A stretch of DNA of 64,000 nucleotides from Vicugna vicugna (taxonomy: Eukaryota): NCBI GenBank assembly GCA_013265495.1, contig MU058065.1:5578302-5642301 (forward strand), read 5' to 3'. A program made the position numbers and the translations under genes. Under the pieces are notes generated by a model. That model did no database searches. It was not told where the DNA came from and saw only the letters and a list, made by a program, of their open reading frames with translations. Below, in pieces: positions 1 through 11,869 of this stretch. How positions within the stretch are numbered: position 1 is the first letter of the stretch; each line of letters starts with the position of its first letter.

Positions 1-261
1 TGGAGCCCCGTGAAACTTCAGTAGCCACAGAGGAGAGAGGCACTAGCTGCCTTAAGCAGGAGTAATAGTCAAAATATTTAACAACAGCATGGCATAGGTA
101 CCAGCCAATTAGGCTAGATGGAAGCTGTAAACAATCTTTATCCCTTGGTTTTCTAATTCTTGGTCATAAAGAAAATAACCCGCGGCAACCTGTAGGCTAT
201 TCGAGCTCCAAGGCAACATCCTAAACTTCTTTGTTACTTCCCCAGTGCCCGGTTAAAACAG

Positions 262-410
262 TCAACCCCAGGTCTGCCATTTACTATCTGGGTGCCCTCA
301 AACAAGGTATTTAATCTCCTGAGCCTTTGTTTCTTTTTCTGTGAAACAGAATAATAGTACCCTTAATAGGGTTGTTAGGAAGATTAAATGAGAGACAATG
401 CATATAAACA
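262..410 (+). mobile_element. MIR SINE fragment
   Basis: Matches MIR core: ggtctgccatttactatctgggtg...atttaatctcctgagcctttgtttc...ataatagtacc...gggttgttaggaagattaaatgaga. Confidence 0.8.
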
Positions 411-439
411 TGAGTGGGGGTAAACTAAAGGGATACAAA

Positions 440-830
440 AGTAAGCCTTGAAATTGACAATTCCTTAAACACAAAATATTTCTTACTCACATGATAGACC
501 CAAGATTGTGAACCTGGTTGGCACTGACCTTACTCTACGTGGTGATTCAGTGACCCATACTCACTTCATCTCGTGGCTCTAGGTTCATGTTATCATCTGC
601 ATACAGCAACAAAGGGAGAGGGTAAGGAGGATACATAGCCATTCCTTTAAAGGGCTCAGCCTAGAAGTGGTATGCACCCCTTCCCCCACAGTGGTGTGGA
701 GGGACTTGGTCTTACCTCACTGCAAGAGAGTCTGGGGAATGTAATTTGGCCATGTACCTGGTTACAGCCGTATCACTGGAGAGGAAGCAGGGACTGGATT
801 CTGATAGCCAACTTGCATTCTGTACCCCAG
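440..830 (-). mobile_element. Old MaLR LTR (MLT1J/K-like) fragment
   Basis: Resembles reverse MLT1J/K: gtggtgattcagtgaccca...cttcatctcgtggctct...cctagaagtgg...cactgcaagagagtctggggaatgta. Confidence 0.6.
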
Positions 831-1799
831 CACTCAATGCACGTAAGCTATTGTTGTCATTATTGTTCTTTTCATTAGGTAAACTATAGGTGCTTGAGGC
901 TTGCTTGAATGACTCAGTGAAAAGTGGAAGGAAGAAAATGGATACTGCAGGGTAGAAATGAGAATAGAGATGAGTTGAGAGAGGAATGTCTGTAAGAGTG
1001 GTACCCAAAATGCAAGTTATCGAGGGAGCAGCTCATGCCCACTGCATCAGGAGATGCTACCACTGGACTCTCCCTGGGACTTTCCGCCAGGAGCCTGACA
1101 CATGCACCCAGCCAGGTCTACCAATAGTGACAGCACCCAGACAATCTGAGAGCATCACACTCAGGAAAACCCTCTCTTGCCTTAAACTCCAGGTTGTTTT
1201 AAGTAGTCAATTTTAACTAATTTGCACTCTCAGTTTTGAGTGGGTTAAGGGCCAGAGGAAAAAGTCTGCCACTCTGACTATACCCGAGGAGTGTGCTAAA
1301 TTCTGCTGGATGGTAATTAGCATCCTGCTTCTTTACTCTGCTCATACAGTATTTTCAAATCAATTGCTCAGCATTAGTGATTCTGCTGGGATTGATTTAA
1401 TAGTCTAATATGAAGTCTTAGCCCTTCTGTACAGGTTAATTACATGTGGTCTTATACATTCTAATTTAAAATACTGCCTTTGCAATTATCATCAGCACTA
1501 AAACGGAGCACTAGTAATGAAGCTGGGCTCGAATTTTTTTCCAGAAGTAATGAATTGAAAAACCGAAATGACTTTTAATTTCTTTGGCACTTAACCATTT
1601 TAATCTCTCTTCTCTTCTGTGGGAAATGTAAATCAGCGTCTCCTCCTTATTTCAGATTGTTGTGAAAACAGGCAAGATTGCCTTAAAGAAAGGAGAAGCT
1701 TTTGGTTTTGAAACAGCCAAGACTTGACTGAGTTTTGACCAACAGAAAGGCTACTTCCTCTCCACTAATCCCCCAGTTAGGTATGTATTTATGTGTTAA

Positions 1800-2502
1800 T
1801 GTGTGTATTTGACAAACGTATATATGGTGTTTACTAGGTGGCAGATACTGTTCTAGAGCTTTATAAATATTAACAACCCTGTAAGGTACTGTGTTAGTTG
1901 TTCATTGACGTCAAAAAACAAACATTTTTTATTCCACAGTTTCTATGGGTCGAGACTGGGGAAGAAGGTTAGCTGAGTGGGTCTGGCGCAGGGTCTCTCA
2001 CAAGGATCAAGCTACTGGCCAGAGCTGCAGTCACCTGGGGCCAGAGGGGCTACTTCCGAGTTCACTCATGTGATTGTTAGCCTCTCCACAGACAGCCTGA
2101 TGTCCTTGATTCATGGCATCTGGCTTCCCCTAAGCAAATAATCTGAGGAAAGGAGAGGCAGGGAGGGAGCCAGGAGAGACAGAGAAGAAATGCAAGGGAA
2201 CAAAGTGGAAGCTGCAGTGTCTTTTATAACCTAACATCAAAGCAATAGACAGCACGTCTGCTGTAATGTACAGCCCTGGTACGATGTAGGGGGCCCTGCA
2301 CAGGAGCCTGAGTACCAGTGGACGGGGATCCCTGGAGGCCAGATAGCTACCACAGGTGAGTATATTCCTGATTTCCAGATGAGGCAATTGAGGCACAGAT
2401 AAATAAAGTCACTTGCCCAAGATCACTGTTAATAAATGGAAGAGCCCATGTTTGAATCTGGCTGGTCATTCTGGCTCCAGAATCCAAGCTCTGAACAACT
2501 AC
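1800..2502 (-). mobile_element. MIR split in two (about 1800-1889 and 2355-2502) by an MLT1 LTR
   Basis: tttactaggtggcagatactgttctagagcttt...aacaaccctgtaaggta resumes as atttccagatgaggcaattgaggcacaga...cacttgcccaagatcac...tttgaatc. Confidence 0.75.
1890..2354 (-). mobile_element. MaLR solo LTR (MLT1F/G/H-like)
   Basis: TG...CA termini (tgtgttagtt ... gctaccaca), cacagtttctatgggtc and ggcatctggcttcccc motifs, degenerate 5-bp flanks ggtac/ggtga. Confidence 0.75.
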
Positions 2503-2548
2503 TCACACACAAAATGTGTGAACCATTTAACATATGGTTCAGAATCTT

Positions 2549-2700
2549 GGGGGGAGGATATAGCTCAGTGGTAGATCATGTGGTGAGCATGCACGAGATC
2601 CTGGGTTCAATCCCCAGTACCTCCTCATTAAATAAATAAATAATTAGGATAGACCTAATTACCTCTCTCTAAAAAAAAATTGATTAAAAATAAAATAATT
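2549..2700 (+). mobile_element. tRNA-derived camelid SINE (vic-1-like)
   Basis: GGGGGGAGGATATAGCTCAGTGGTAGA (A box) ... GGGTTCAATCCCCAGTACCTCC (B box), then an A-rich tail containing acctaattacct; homologous copy at 17080. Confidence 0.85.
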
Positions 2701-3160
2701 TTCTTAAAAGCAGCTTATATGCCAGACAGTAAGTGTTTATTCTAATTTAATAGATGGTAGAGAAACTTTGCTGAGAATAAAAAAATCTAAACTGCACATT
2801 ATCACCAAAAAATGCTCCTTAGTGTCCCTTGGACTCTGTTGTGTGAGGGAAAATACTTCCATTCCCTGGGGATTCCATACCTTTCTTGGAAAATCAGTAG
2901 AACCACCTTCACTATCACTAGATTCTTTCTCAATATTTACTGTATCTCACATCACATCACTAACCCATTTCTTCCTGTTCAAAACTCCAAGGAAACAGGA
3001 CCCCTCTAATCACTGTTGGCTCCATGTAAGGACATGGCTTGTGCTGACATCCATTATTAATCACCCTCACCCTTCACATCAAAGGCCACACCGCGCAGTC
3101 CTTCCAGGGGTCCCTGTCACCAGTTCTGGCTTCTCATACACATCTGAACACCTCTGACAT

Positions 3161-3533
3161 TGTGGAGCAGACTGCAGCCACTCACAGTGGTGCACACTGA
3201 GGGGACTCGGAATAAGAAAGGACAGGATACTGGCCCTGGATAGCTAGGTGCTTGTCAAAGGAATGAATTCAGTGAGCCCAAATGTTTGCTTCCTCCCATA
3301 CATAGAAAAGCACTAAATTCTTTAACTTGAGATCCCTGGTTTTCTTTAGATCTAAACAAGTAATCTTTAATGTTCCGACTACCTGATCTTAGTTGTAAAA
3401 CTCCTGTATATCCTAGCTCCTCCCCTACCTCTTCAGAGCAGTCCCTCAGAGCAATCTGACAGGCTGTCACCCTGGACTGAGTCCTCAGAATTGTCCACTG
3501 GATAAGACATAACTCTCAGCTTTTCAGTCAGCA
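3161..3533 (+). mobile_element. ERV1-class solo LTR
   Basis: TG...CA ends, TATA-like tgtatatc, ctcctcccctacctcttcagagcagtccctcagagc; homologous to the reversed copy at 56463-56998. Confidence 0.7.
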
Positions 3534-3730
3534 GTTTCTATGTGCCAGGCTCTATGCTCAGTTTTGTATACCTTAATTTATTTTATCCTCACAGAAACCT
3601 GAGAGATCAATTTGGTTATTGTTTCCACATTACAAATCAAGAATCAGAAGCTCAGAAAGGTTAAATGACTGGTCCAAAGTCACAGAGAGCTGGGATTCAA
3701 ACTGAAGTATGTTTTGCTCCGAGGGCCATC
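3534..3730 (-). mobile_element. MIR
   Basis: ctatgtgccaggctctatgct...atcctcacag...gaagctcagaaaggttaaatgact...aaagtcacag...gagctgggattcaaac. Confidence 0.8.
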
Positions 3731-3923
3731 TTCTTTCTCTCTGGACAAGGAGGGACAAGGGGCTGGGCCTCCATTTGTATGCAGAGCAGCTGAGTGTTAC
3801 CCACCCCCCACCACCTACCCTGGGGCTTTCGCATCCAATTGGTCCATCAAAGGATTTTTCTGAACAAAGACAACTCCTTCTCTAGAAAGGACTCTGGGGC
3901 CAGGTGTTAAGATGCTTTTTTTT

Positions 3924-4285
3924 AAAAAAAAAAAAAGAGGACACTAATGAACTCATCTACAAAACAGAAACAGACATAGTAAACAATCTTATGGTGGGGG
4001 GTGGGTGGGTAGGAGGAAGGGGTGGGAAGGGATAAATTTGGGAGTTTGAAAGTTGCAAACGTTAGCTCTATATATGAAAATAGATTTTGAAAGTTTCTTC
4101 TGTATAGCACGGGGAACTATATTCAATACCTTGTAATAACCTTTAATGAAAAAGAATATGAAAACGAATATATGTATGTATATGCATGAGTAGGACACTA
4201 TGCTGTACAGCAGAAATTGAAACATTGTATCTGACTATACTTCGATAAAAATAAATAAATAAATTTTAAAAAATAAAAAATAAAA
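3924..4285 (+). mobile_element. Young lineage-specific L1, 3' UTR only (5'-truncated)
   Basis: ggacactaatgaactcatctacaaaacagaaacagac...G-rich tract...gggaactatattcaatac...ctgactatacttc plus A-rich tail; highly similar to 47480-47790. Confidence 0.9.
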
Positions 4286-4353
4286 TTTCCAACTCGAGCC
4301 TCAAAAAAAAATTTTTTTTTAACTTTTCTCCACCAGCAAATACAACAATATAT

Positions 4354-4665
4354 CAGGAGGTCAGCAAGCCTTCTTAAAGCACCAGATAATAACTCTTTCC
4401 AGCTTTACTTCTGGGCCACGTGGCCTCTATCACAACTCCTCAACTCTGCCATTGTAGCGCAAGCAGCCGCAAAAACGCATAAATCAGTGAGCATGGCTGA
4501 GTTCCAATAAAACTTTACTTACGGACACAGAAATTTGAATTTTCATGATTTTCTCAATTCATGAAATATTCTTCTTCTGATTTTTCTTTCAGCCATTTAA
4601 AAGTGTAAAATCCATTCTTAGCCCACAGGCCCTACAAAAACAGATGGCCATGGTGCGCTGACCCC
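4354..4665 (+). mobile_element. hAT-Charlie MITE (MER58B-like)
   Basis: caggaggtcagcaa ... caactctgccattgtagcgc ... gttccaataaaactttact ... ctgacccc; degenerate 8-bp TSD caatatat/caatatgc. Confidence 0.85.
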
Positions 4666-5714
4666 CAATATGCCACAGAGGGAGTCAGAAATTCTCCCAG
4701 GGAGTTCAGGGACTCGCATTTTATCAAATCAACAAAATCACTTCTTAGGAAGCATTTTGTCTAGAGGGATTGTTTCGGACATAAATGTGCAGGGATAAAA
4801 TCAAATGGCCAAAGTCAGTCCTCACTTCCCACACTCTTTCTGAAAGACTGGGCTGGGAAAAGTCTGAGACGGTGTGATGTGAACTCACCCAAACGTGCCC
4901 TTGTGACCGAGACTTGGATTTCCACCTTCTGTCTCCTGTTAGATCAGAGTGGAGCTGAGTCCTACTCACCTGTGTGTCCCCACACCAGCCCATTAGGGCC
5001 TCTGCCTGACCCTGAAACACACCCAAGGGCCATATCGTCCAAGCCAGAGAGAAGCCCAAGGCCTGGTAAGGATATTTTTTTTCCATTTGGTAGGCTCTTT
5101 TATGTGAAAAGTTTAACAAGGGTACAGAAATCAAATCACGTTTAGTTAAATATTTAATAATGCATCTTATTTTAGAAGAAAAAAAAAACAAATGAAGTTG
5201 ACTCTATACTGGAAAATCCTGTACCTAGAACCACCATGAATATGCAGTTTTTCCAAAAATGGTCAAAGAAAGAGAAAGGAAGGAGTGAGGGAAGGGATAG
5301 GAATAGAGGAGAGAGGGAGGGAAGGAGGGACAGATGGAAAACACAGAATATAGACTATTTCCTATTAGGCTCTTTTCTCATGTATTTAATAAATTATTAT
5401 TAAATAGAGAGCTGCTGTCTAATAAAGTACAAATCAGTGATGTACTCCATATCATCTTTGAGTAATGCACTATTTTCCAGAAATACCATCTTCACTTCCT
5501 ATTGAACTACCTTCCATAATAATAAGGAAAGTTATTCATATGTGTGTATATGTCTGGGAAAGTACTTTTTAGAATTTTAAGAAAATCAGGATTATGCTCA
5601 GTCTTTGCATTCAGTGTGTTAAACTGCCCCCTGGAATGTAGGGTAAGATAACCAGGCTTCGCACAATACACAGTACAAGTGCCTGTGACAGTGAGACCCA
5701 CCCCCCTAGACACT

Positions 5715-5807
5715 GGCTTTTGGTGGCAGGGACTGTCATATTCATTTTGGTGCTCTGGGGACCTGGCACTAGCAGGTGTTTGATAAGTGTTCGTTGAATG
5801 AATGAAA
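5715..5807 (+). mobile_element. L2 3' end
   Basis: ggcagggactgtc...acctggcactagcaggtgtttgataagtgttcgttgaatgaatgaa. Confidence 0.75.
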
Positions 5808-6399
5808 AGGAAATGAGGGAACTGCTTCACCTTAAAAGAATTAAACCCTGTTTTCTAACAAGGCAATAGCACTTGAACAAGACGAGTGTTCCTGGAAGAT
5901 AAGAGACACCCGGGAGAGCTGAGCAGCAAAACACAAATGTGAGTGTTGCACATGTCGGGGAGCAAAACCAGGGGGTTATTCCTGTGCGTAGAACAAACGC
6001 TCCCCCAAGAGATGGCTTGATCATAATCCAACTGAATTCAACTCTTTGCCTCCAATGAGAAAAGAGAACTTTAAACTGCCCCAGGCTTGAACAGGGCTGA
6101 GTTAGAATCAGTGTTTTCCAGTAGAAGGAGAAAAGCAAGAGAGTCAAAACACCACCATCATTTCAAACTTGGACTTACTGTCAAAGTTTCTGTTTTTATT
6201 TTGGAAAGAACGTTAAAGCAGACCACCAACATTAAAAATAATAATACTCACAGTTTCCAAGTATGCGTCTAGGCTGTTCCTGCAGCATTATAGTCTACAC
6301 ATTTCAGCCAGAATGATCTGATGTTTTTCTGACCTCCTGACTTTGCCTGAGTCTCAATCAGCTGCCACCAAATAAACACCAGTCAGAAATCGAAGAGCC

Positions 6400-6698
6400 A
6401 CCAGGCCCTCAGTGGTAGAAATCAGAGGGATTTTCCAATCGGGACCCAGTAGATGTGCCCACATTCTAACCAATGGGATGTGAGTGGAAGTGGTGTATGC
6501 CACTTCCAGATGTAACCCATAAAACCATTCACTGTGCCCCTCCACACTCCTCCCTCTCTACTGTCTTCTTGTAGACAAGCACAGTGACCTTGGAAGCCAC
6601 GTGTTAAAGATGACAGAGCTACAAGATAGGAAATGCCTGGGCTCCTGATGACTCTCTGGATAACAGCCACCTCTAATCACAAACACTCCCTCAGACAT
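6400..6698 (+). mobile_element. MaLR LTR fragment (MLT1J/I-like)
   Basis: ccaatgggatgtgagtggaagtggtgtatgccacttccag ... gtgaccttggaagccacgtgttaaagatgacagagc. Confidence 0.7.
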
Positions 6699-7077
6699 TG
6701 TATCAGTTTACTAGAGCTGCTGTGACAACATGTCACAAACTGGGCAGCTTAAACAACAGAAATGCGTTGTTTCACAGTTCTGGATACCTAAGATGAGGGC
6801 CTCAGCAGAGCTGGCTTCTTCTGAGGCCTCTCTCCTTGGCTTGTAGATGGCCACCTTCTCTCTGCGTCTTTACATGGCCTTCCCTCTGTGCTTGTCTGTG
6901 TCCTAATCTCCTCTCCTCTAAGGACACCAGTCATATTGTATTAGTGTCCACTCCAATGACCTCATTTTACTTAATTACCTCCTTAATGACCTTCTCTCCA
7001 AAAATAGTTACATTCTGAGGTATTGGGGGTTAGGACCTCAACATACGGATTGACGGGACACAGTTCAGCCCATAACA
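6699..7077 (-). mobile_element. MaLR solo LTR (MLT1B-like)
   Basis: tgtatcagttt...ttaaacaacagaaat...cacagttctgga...aaggacaccagtcatattg...cagttcagcccataaca; complete TG...CA. Confidence 0.9.
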
Positions 7078-7579
7078 TGTGGCCAAGCCCAACATCAGTG
7101 GAACAGGGAAGTAGACTCCACTCACCATAGCAAAGGTGGGAAAAGAGATAAGAACTATGGCAAAATAATGTAATCTGCCACTAGAGACAGTGATGATGCA
7201 GTGTGGTAAGTGCCAAGGTGAAACCAGAGCACAACAGGGTGAAATTCAAAAGTATCTGGCATTGGAACCCCTCCAAACTCTGACCCTTGGTAACCTGTCT
7301 CTCCTCATCTCAGCTTTACTGTAGAATAGCATTCAACCCCTGTACCAAGGGGCAGTGACAAGTGTTTGCAATATGTTGCAGTAGAAACAGATATGCCTGG
7401 ACTCCTAAGACCTCTCACTTTCTCCATGATACCCTGCTTTTTCATCCAGTGTGAGCCAAAAACCATCTGTGTGATCCTGGGGAAAGCATTTTCTCTCTTA
7501 GGATCTATAACCTGATTTCTGGGATGTGGAAACAGACTCTAAAGTCCGTAAGATTCTTTGACTCGATTTCTTTTCTTTG

Positions 7580-7790
7580 CGACGTGTGTTCCACAGAACA
7601 TTAGTCCCAGGAGATGCCAGGCAAATAAATGTTTCCATGAGCAAATGCACTTGGAAGATGCTGCCTGCTGTATCGCTTTCTTAGAATACCAAAGGTTATG
7701 AAAAGTCCTGCAACTAAAAAAAGCTTTACTTCGGCTGTTTCCCAGGTGTATTTGGCCTAAGACTTTCTCTTTCTGCCCTTGTAACATGGC
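7580..7790. mobile_element. Old hAT-Charlie fragment (MER103/MER112-like)
   Basis: gttccacagaacattagtccc...aaaagtcctgcaactaa...tttcccaggtgtatttg; family uncertain. Confidence 0.4.
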
Positions 7791-8916
7791 CCAGAACTGA
7801 TGAACTCACTCCTTCAGTACACACAGGCTTGGAGAGTTAGACTTGTTAATGTCTGTGTCCTGTTTCTCCTCCCTACACCCAGAAAGAATTCTTGCATCTA
7901 AGACAGAAAGTCCCACAGACTGTGATGCGAGTACTTCCCACAGACCCCCACACGCTATGGCTCAATTTTCACCATTCTCCAAAAACTCCACAAACAGGGC
8001 AGCAAAGGACGGGACATGACCCACCCCATGGATGCCTGGGGACTCCCAGTGCACGTCTTCCCCATGTTACTCAAAGGAGTTTTGCATCTCCTTTTGGACG
8101 ATTCTCTTCAGAGTCTGGAGCACATTTTCAAAATATCCTCAGTAATGGCATATCTTTGGCCTTTGTGGGAGAGATTTGCGTTTGGGAAACAATAAATATT
8201 TACTGGAGCCAAGTTGGGTGAATGACTTGGGCAATGAAGCTGAGAAACATTGCTCTGAATCAAATGTGGAGTGTACAATTCGCCTCATCCTTCAGCCAGG
8301 CCCATTCCCATCTGGCTCCCAGGTCTCTGGAACAAGAACAGTCATTCCCAGTGAGCTCTCCCATGCATTCCAGAATCTTCACGCACTGTATTGCCGAGTG
8401 GCCAGGGCTCCCTTGAGTGGCAAACAATTATGTCCACTTGTTTGTTTTGTTCCTTTATTTGGCCGCATGTCTGAACAGAGATGCATTAATCCAGTGTTTC
8501 TTGAACAGGGAGTTCTCATGGGGCCATTCATGTTTCTGTTGCCAGCTATTGTTCTGAATTCAGAAGACTATCCCCAAATTGCACATTCACATCTTTAATT
8601 GAGCCGAAGCCATTCTAACACCTCCCTTTCGTCCCGTGTCCCCTCATCCTCTGCACAAGATCACTCTGCCTCTCTCTGGTGTTGATCCCAGGGTAAGAAT
8701 TGTTTTGTTTTTTTAATACCCTTCCTGTTATTTAGTAGTCAGCATGCACTTTTTTATCCCTTCAAATAACATTTAATTGCTTTAACATAACTTTTTTCAA
8801 GGAGGCAAAGGAGCATTCTTTGAAGATCCAAATTACCCTCAAAGCTGGTCTCTCCACATTCCTGAGATTTGCACTGACTTTTAATAACTAGGATATAAAA
8901 CAAAAGAAAGAAGTTT

Positions 8917-9390
8917 GTTTGTGTGTGTGTGTGTGTGTGTTTTTAATATTTTATTGATTTATAATCATTTTACAATGTTGTGTCAAATTCCAGTGTAGAG
9001 CACAATTTTTCAGTCATACATGAACATATATATATTCATTGTCACATTTTTTTCCTCTGTGAGCTACCATAAGATCTTGTGTATATTTCCCTGTGCTATA
9101 CAGTATAATCTTGTTTATCTATTCTACAATTTTGAAATCCTGTCTAACCCTTTCCACCCTCCGCCCCTTTGGAAACCGCAAGTTTGTATTCTATATCTAT
9201 GAGTCTATTTCTGTTTTGTATTTATGCTTTGTTTTTTTGTTTTTGGTTTTTTTTTTTTAGATTCCACATATGAGCAATACTACTCAGCCATAAAAACCGA
9301 CAATATAATGCCATTTGCAGCAACATGGATGCTCCTGGAGAATGTCATTCTAAGTGAAGTAAGCCAGAAAGAGAAAGAAAAATACCATAT
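8917..9390 (-). mobile_element. Young L1 3' end with 5' inversion (twin priming)
   Basis: 8917-9275 is L1 3' UTR on minus; 9276-9390 is L1 ORF2 end on plus (YYSAIK...MPFAATWMLLENVILSEVSQKEKEKYH); 13-bp TSD aagaaagaagttt at 8904-8916 and 9391-9403. Confidence 0.9.
8920..8940. repeat. (TG)n microsatellite in the L1 tail
   Basis: tgtgtg... run, directly visible. Confidence 0.9.
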
Positions 9391-9809
9391 AAGAAAGAAG
9401 TTTTATACCCCTTTCTCTGAGAGCATTTTAACTGTGGCTGTATAACCAAAGGTGGTCAGAGCTAGAGGATAATGCATAATGTCTAATGTCATAGATGCGA
9501 AGCGGGTTCCAAACTTCTTTAGCTATTAGAACTCACTGCAGACAGAAGCTCTCAAAATCCCAAATATTCAGCAAAAGCAATGAGGGGGTTCTCAGGACAG
9601 TTCAGATCTTCAGACTGCCTTTAAATGCTTCATTGCTTACAGATCTGAACTAGCCAAAGCTTCGCTGCTCTTGGATTTTGATTATAGCCTAAAAACGTAG
9701 TCATCTTACTGATGACAAAAGTGAAGCCCAGAAAGACACAACTAGCACCTGGCAGAGCAAGAGCTAAAACCTTCGCCTCCTGGTTTCCACACCAGGAACA
9801 GCCCTAATT

Positions 9810-9970
9810 CCTGCTGTGTATCTGAAGCACTGGGGAGCTGGTTAGACACAGATTTGGGGACTGCAACCTCTGGGGATTCTGATTCAGTGGGTTTGGAGTG
9901 AGAACTTAGAATCAGCATTCTTTAAAGTTTCCTGTGAGTCTGCTGGAGATCCAGGTTTAGGAACCACTGG
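9810..9970 (+). mobile_element. MER5A/MER5B hAT MITE
   Basis: ctggggagctggttagacacagat...gattctgattcagtgggtttggagtgaga...ttaggaaccactgg. Confidence 0.75.
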
Positions 9971-10254
9971 TTTGTACGATCCAGTCCTCCACGGCCAAGT
10001 GCCAAAGGGCAATTGACTGTTCTCAGGAAAAACAAACTAACAAACCCAGGGAAGAGCCTACATTTGCTCAGATCAGCATCACTACAAATGATAAAGCAGG
10101 GTGAATTGGGACTGTTTTAATCAGGTCCAAAAATTAATCAGTGGGTTAAATGAATTATTTACAAAGTACCACTCAGAAGGAATGTGACCAATGTTTTGTG
10201 TCCTGAGATAATTGGTTGGCCTTTTATAGGCATAATCCCTGAACAGTATTTTAA

Positions 10255-10430
10255 GATTGATCATGCTTTGCCTTTTACAAGGTGGCTTTCCATGCATTAT
10301 CTTTTTCAGTCCATTCAGCAACCCAAAATATATAGGTAAGGCAGGTCTTATTTTCCCTATTTTATAGACAATGCAACTGAAATTCACAGAAGAGAAATGG
10401 CATACTGAGAAATACAGCTAGTAGGGCTGT
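10255..10430 (-). mobile_element. MIR
   Basis: tttccatgcattatc...cagcaaccc...aggtaaggcagg...ccctattttatagacaatgcaactgaaattcacagaag. Confidence 0.65.
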
Positions 10431-11334
10431 ATCTAACACTAAATTCTGAACCAAATATGCCTCCTTCATGCGTCAAAGAATAATCCATATTGCCAGATCT
10501 TCCTCTTTTCTGCTCACTCCAGCATAATCACAAGTGGTTGTATAAAATGGAGAACTCAATAACTCTAATAGCTATTAAAAAAACACTATTGATGCTCACA
10601 GCCAAGACCTCATGATGTTTATTCTAAACTCCTCGTTTACTACTACACGATCATTGTAAAATGAAAACCGTTCAACAGAATTGTATCCTATGACTTTCTA
10701 AAATCAATTTCTACGTAGTCTAGGAAGTACAGACAGTAGTAGGTAAAAACTCGGAAGTGGGAAGACTGCATCACAAATTACATGCCAACAGTAACAATAA
10801 AAAGTCAGTATTTATTTGAATTTTAAGAGGAACTAGAACTCCTTAGGAATCGAAATAAAAGGAAAAGCTGCTTAAGAAATATGAGCATTTCATACTTGGG
10901 TCACATTCAAGGAACTCAGGTTAGCCATGACCTGAGTAATTGGATGATTGTTCTTCTCATCATGAGCAACTTGGCATCAATGGACTACACTGAGGATTTT
11001 GCAATTTAATTTGATTATTACTGTAGCTAAAGTCCTTGCTCCATTCCAGGCACTTATCATTTCAGTCACATGGCCATTACTGTTGTCACCCAATTCTTTT
11101 TAGACATGACAGGGGAGCAGATTGCTTTGACTGAAGTTTAGGAATCCCCAGGTTTCCTATATGTGCTGTCATCATGGCTCCCTCCCAGGAAGTTGGGAAA
11201 ATTCACTGGGTGCCAAAATCATTACCCATCAGAAGGGAGTTTCCTAGCCCTTCCAGTAAATCCCTCTAGGTTCCCCCTTTCTCCTGATCTTTATCCTGTA
11301 TCTCTGTTTAACTGATCCCCTTAAAAATAGTTGT

Positions 11335-11425
11335 AAGGGTCTTGCCCTGCCCAATATTAAAATGTACCATAAAGCTGCAATAAGTAGAACAATGTGGCAG
11401 AGGTTCAGGAATAAACTAACAGACA
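11335..11425 (+). mobile_element. Ancient L1M ORF2 fragment
   Basis: Translates GLALPNIKMYHKAAISRTMW..., similar to the L1 ORF2 motif [22 protein letters not shown]. Confidence 0.65.
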
Positions 11426-11869
11426 TCAGTATCCACTTTGTTTGCACATTGTTTCTCCCCCTCTCCCTCTCCTTCTCTCTCTAAATGGTTCTACAGGAAT
11501 GTTAGGTCTCCTTGGCCTCTTCTGAGCACTTAAAGCTCAGAACAGGAGAGGATCTGGGTAGCACTTCATAAGTACTTGTTGAATGATTGAAGGACCAGGA
11601 GGCATCCAGTTTCCAAAGGGAAGTGGAAACATTCTCTGCATAATAAAGGAGGTAAAGGAGACAAAAGGGAGAAGCTGAGTGATACGAGAAGGAAGGAGTG
11701 GGGAAACAGAGAAGAGGAATCAGAAGGAAGGTGCCTAATAGAAGTTTTTATTCTCTAATGGGAAGTTATCCTTCCTCGGTCTCACTAATCTTTCGTAAAA
11801 CCCCAGCTTAGCAAACACATGCAAAATGCCACATTAACTAGGAGGAGGAGAGGGGCTGGGCTGGGAGGA

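Noticed and set aside
55..140. Possible old DNA-transposon fragment
   Set aside because: Resemblance from memory only; family and ends cannot be assigned
2549..2625. tRNA gene
   Set aside because: A and B boxes are present, but the cloverleaf is degenerate and it is followed by the SINE tail; a second copy has a TSD
5268..5340. Purine-rich tract as an H-DNA element
   Set aside because: Ordinary low-complexity GGA/GAA tract without a clear long mirror repeat
10580..10720. Possible C/D snoRNA (ATGATG box C-like)
   Set aside because: No properly placed CTGA box D and no terminal stem
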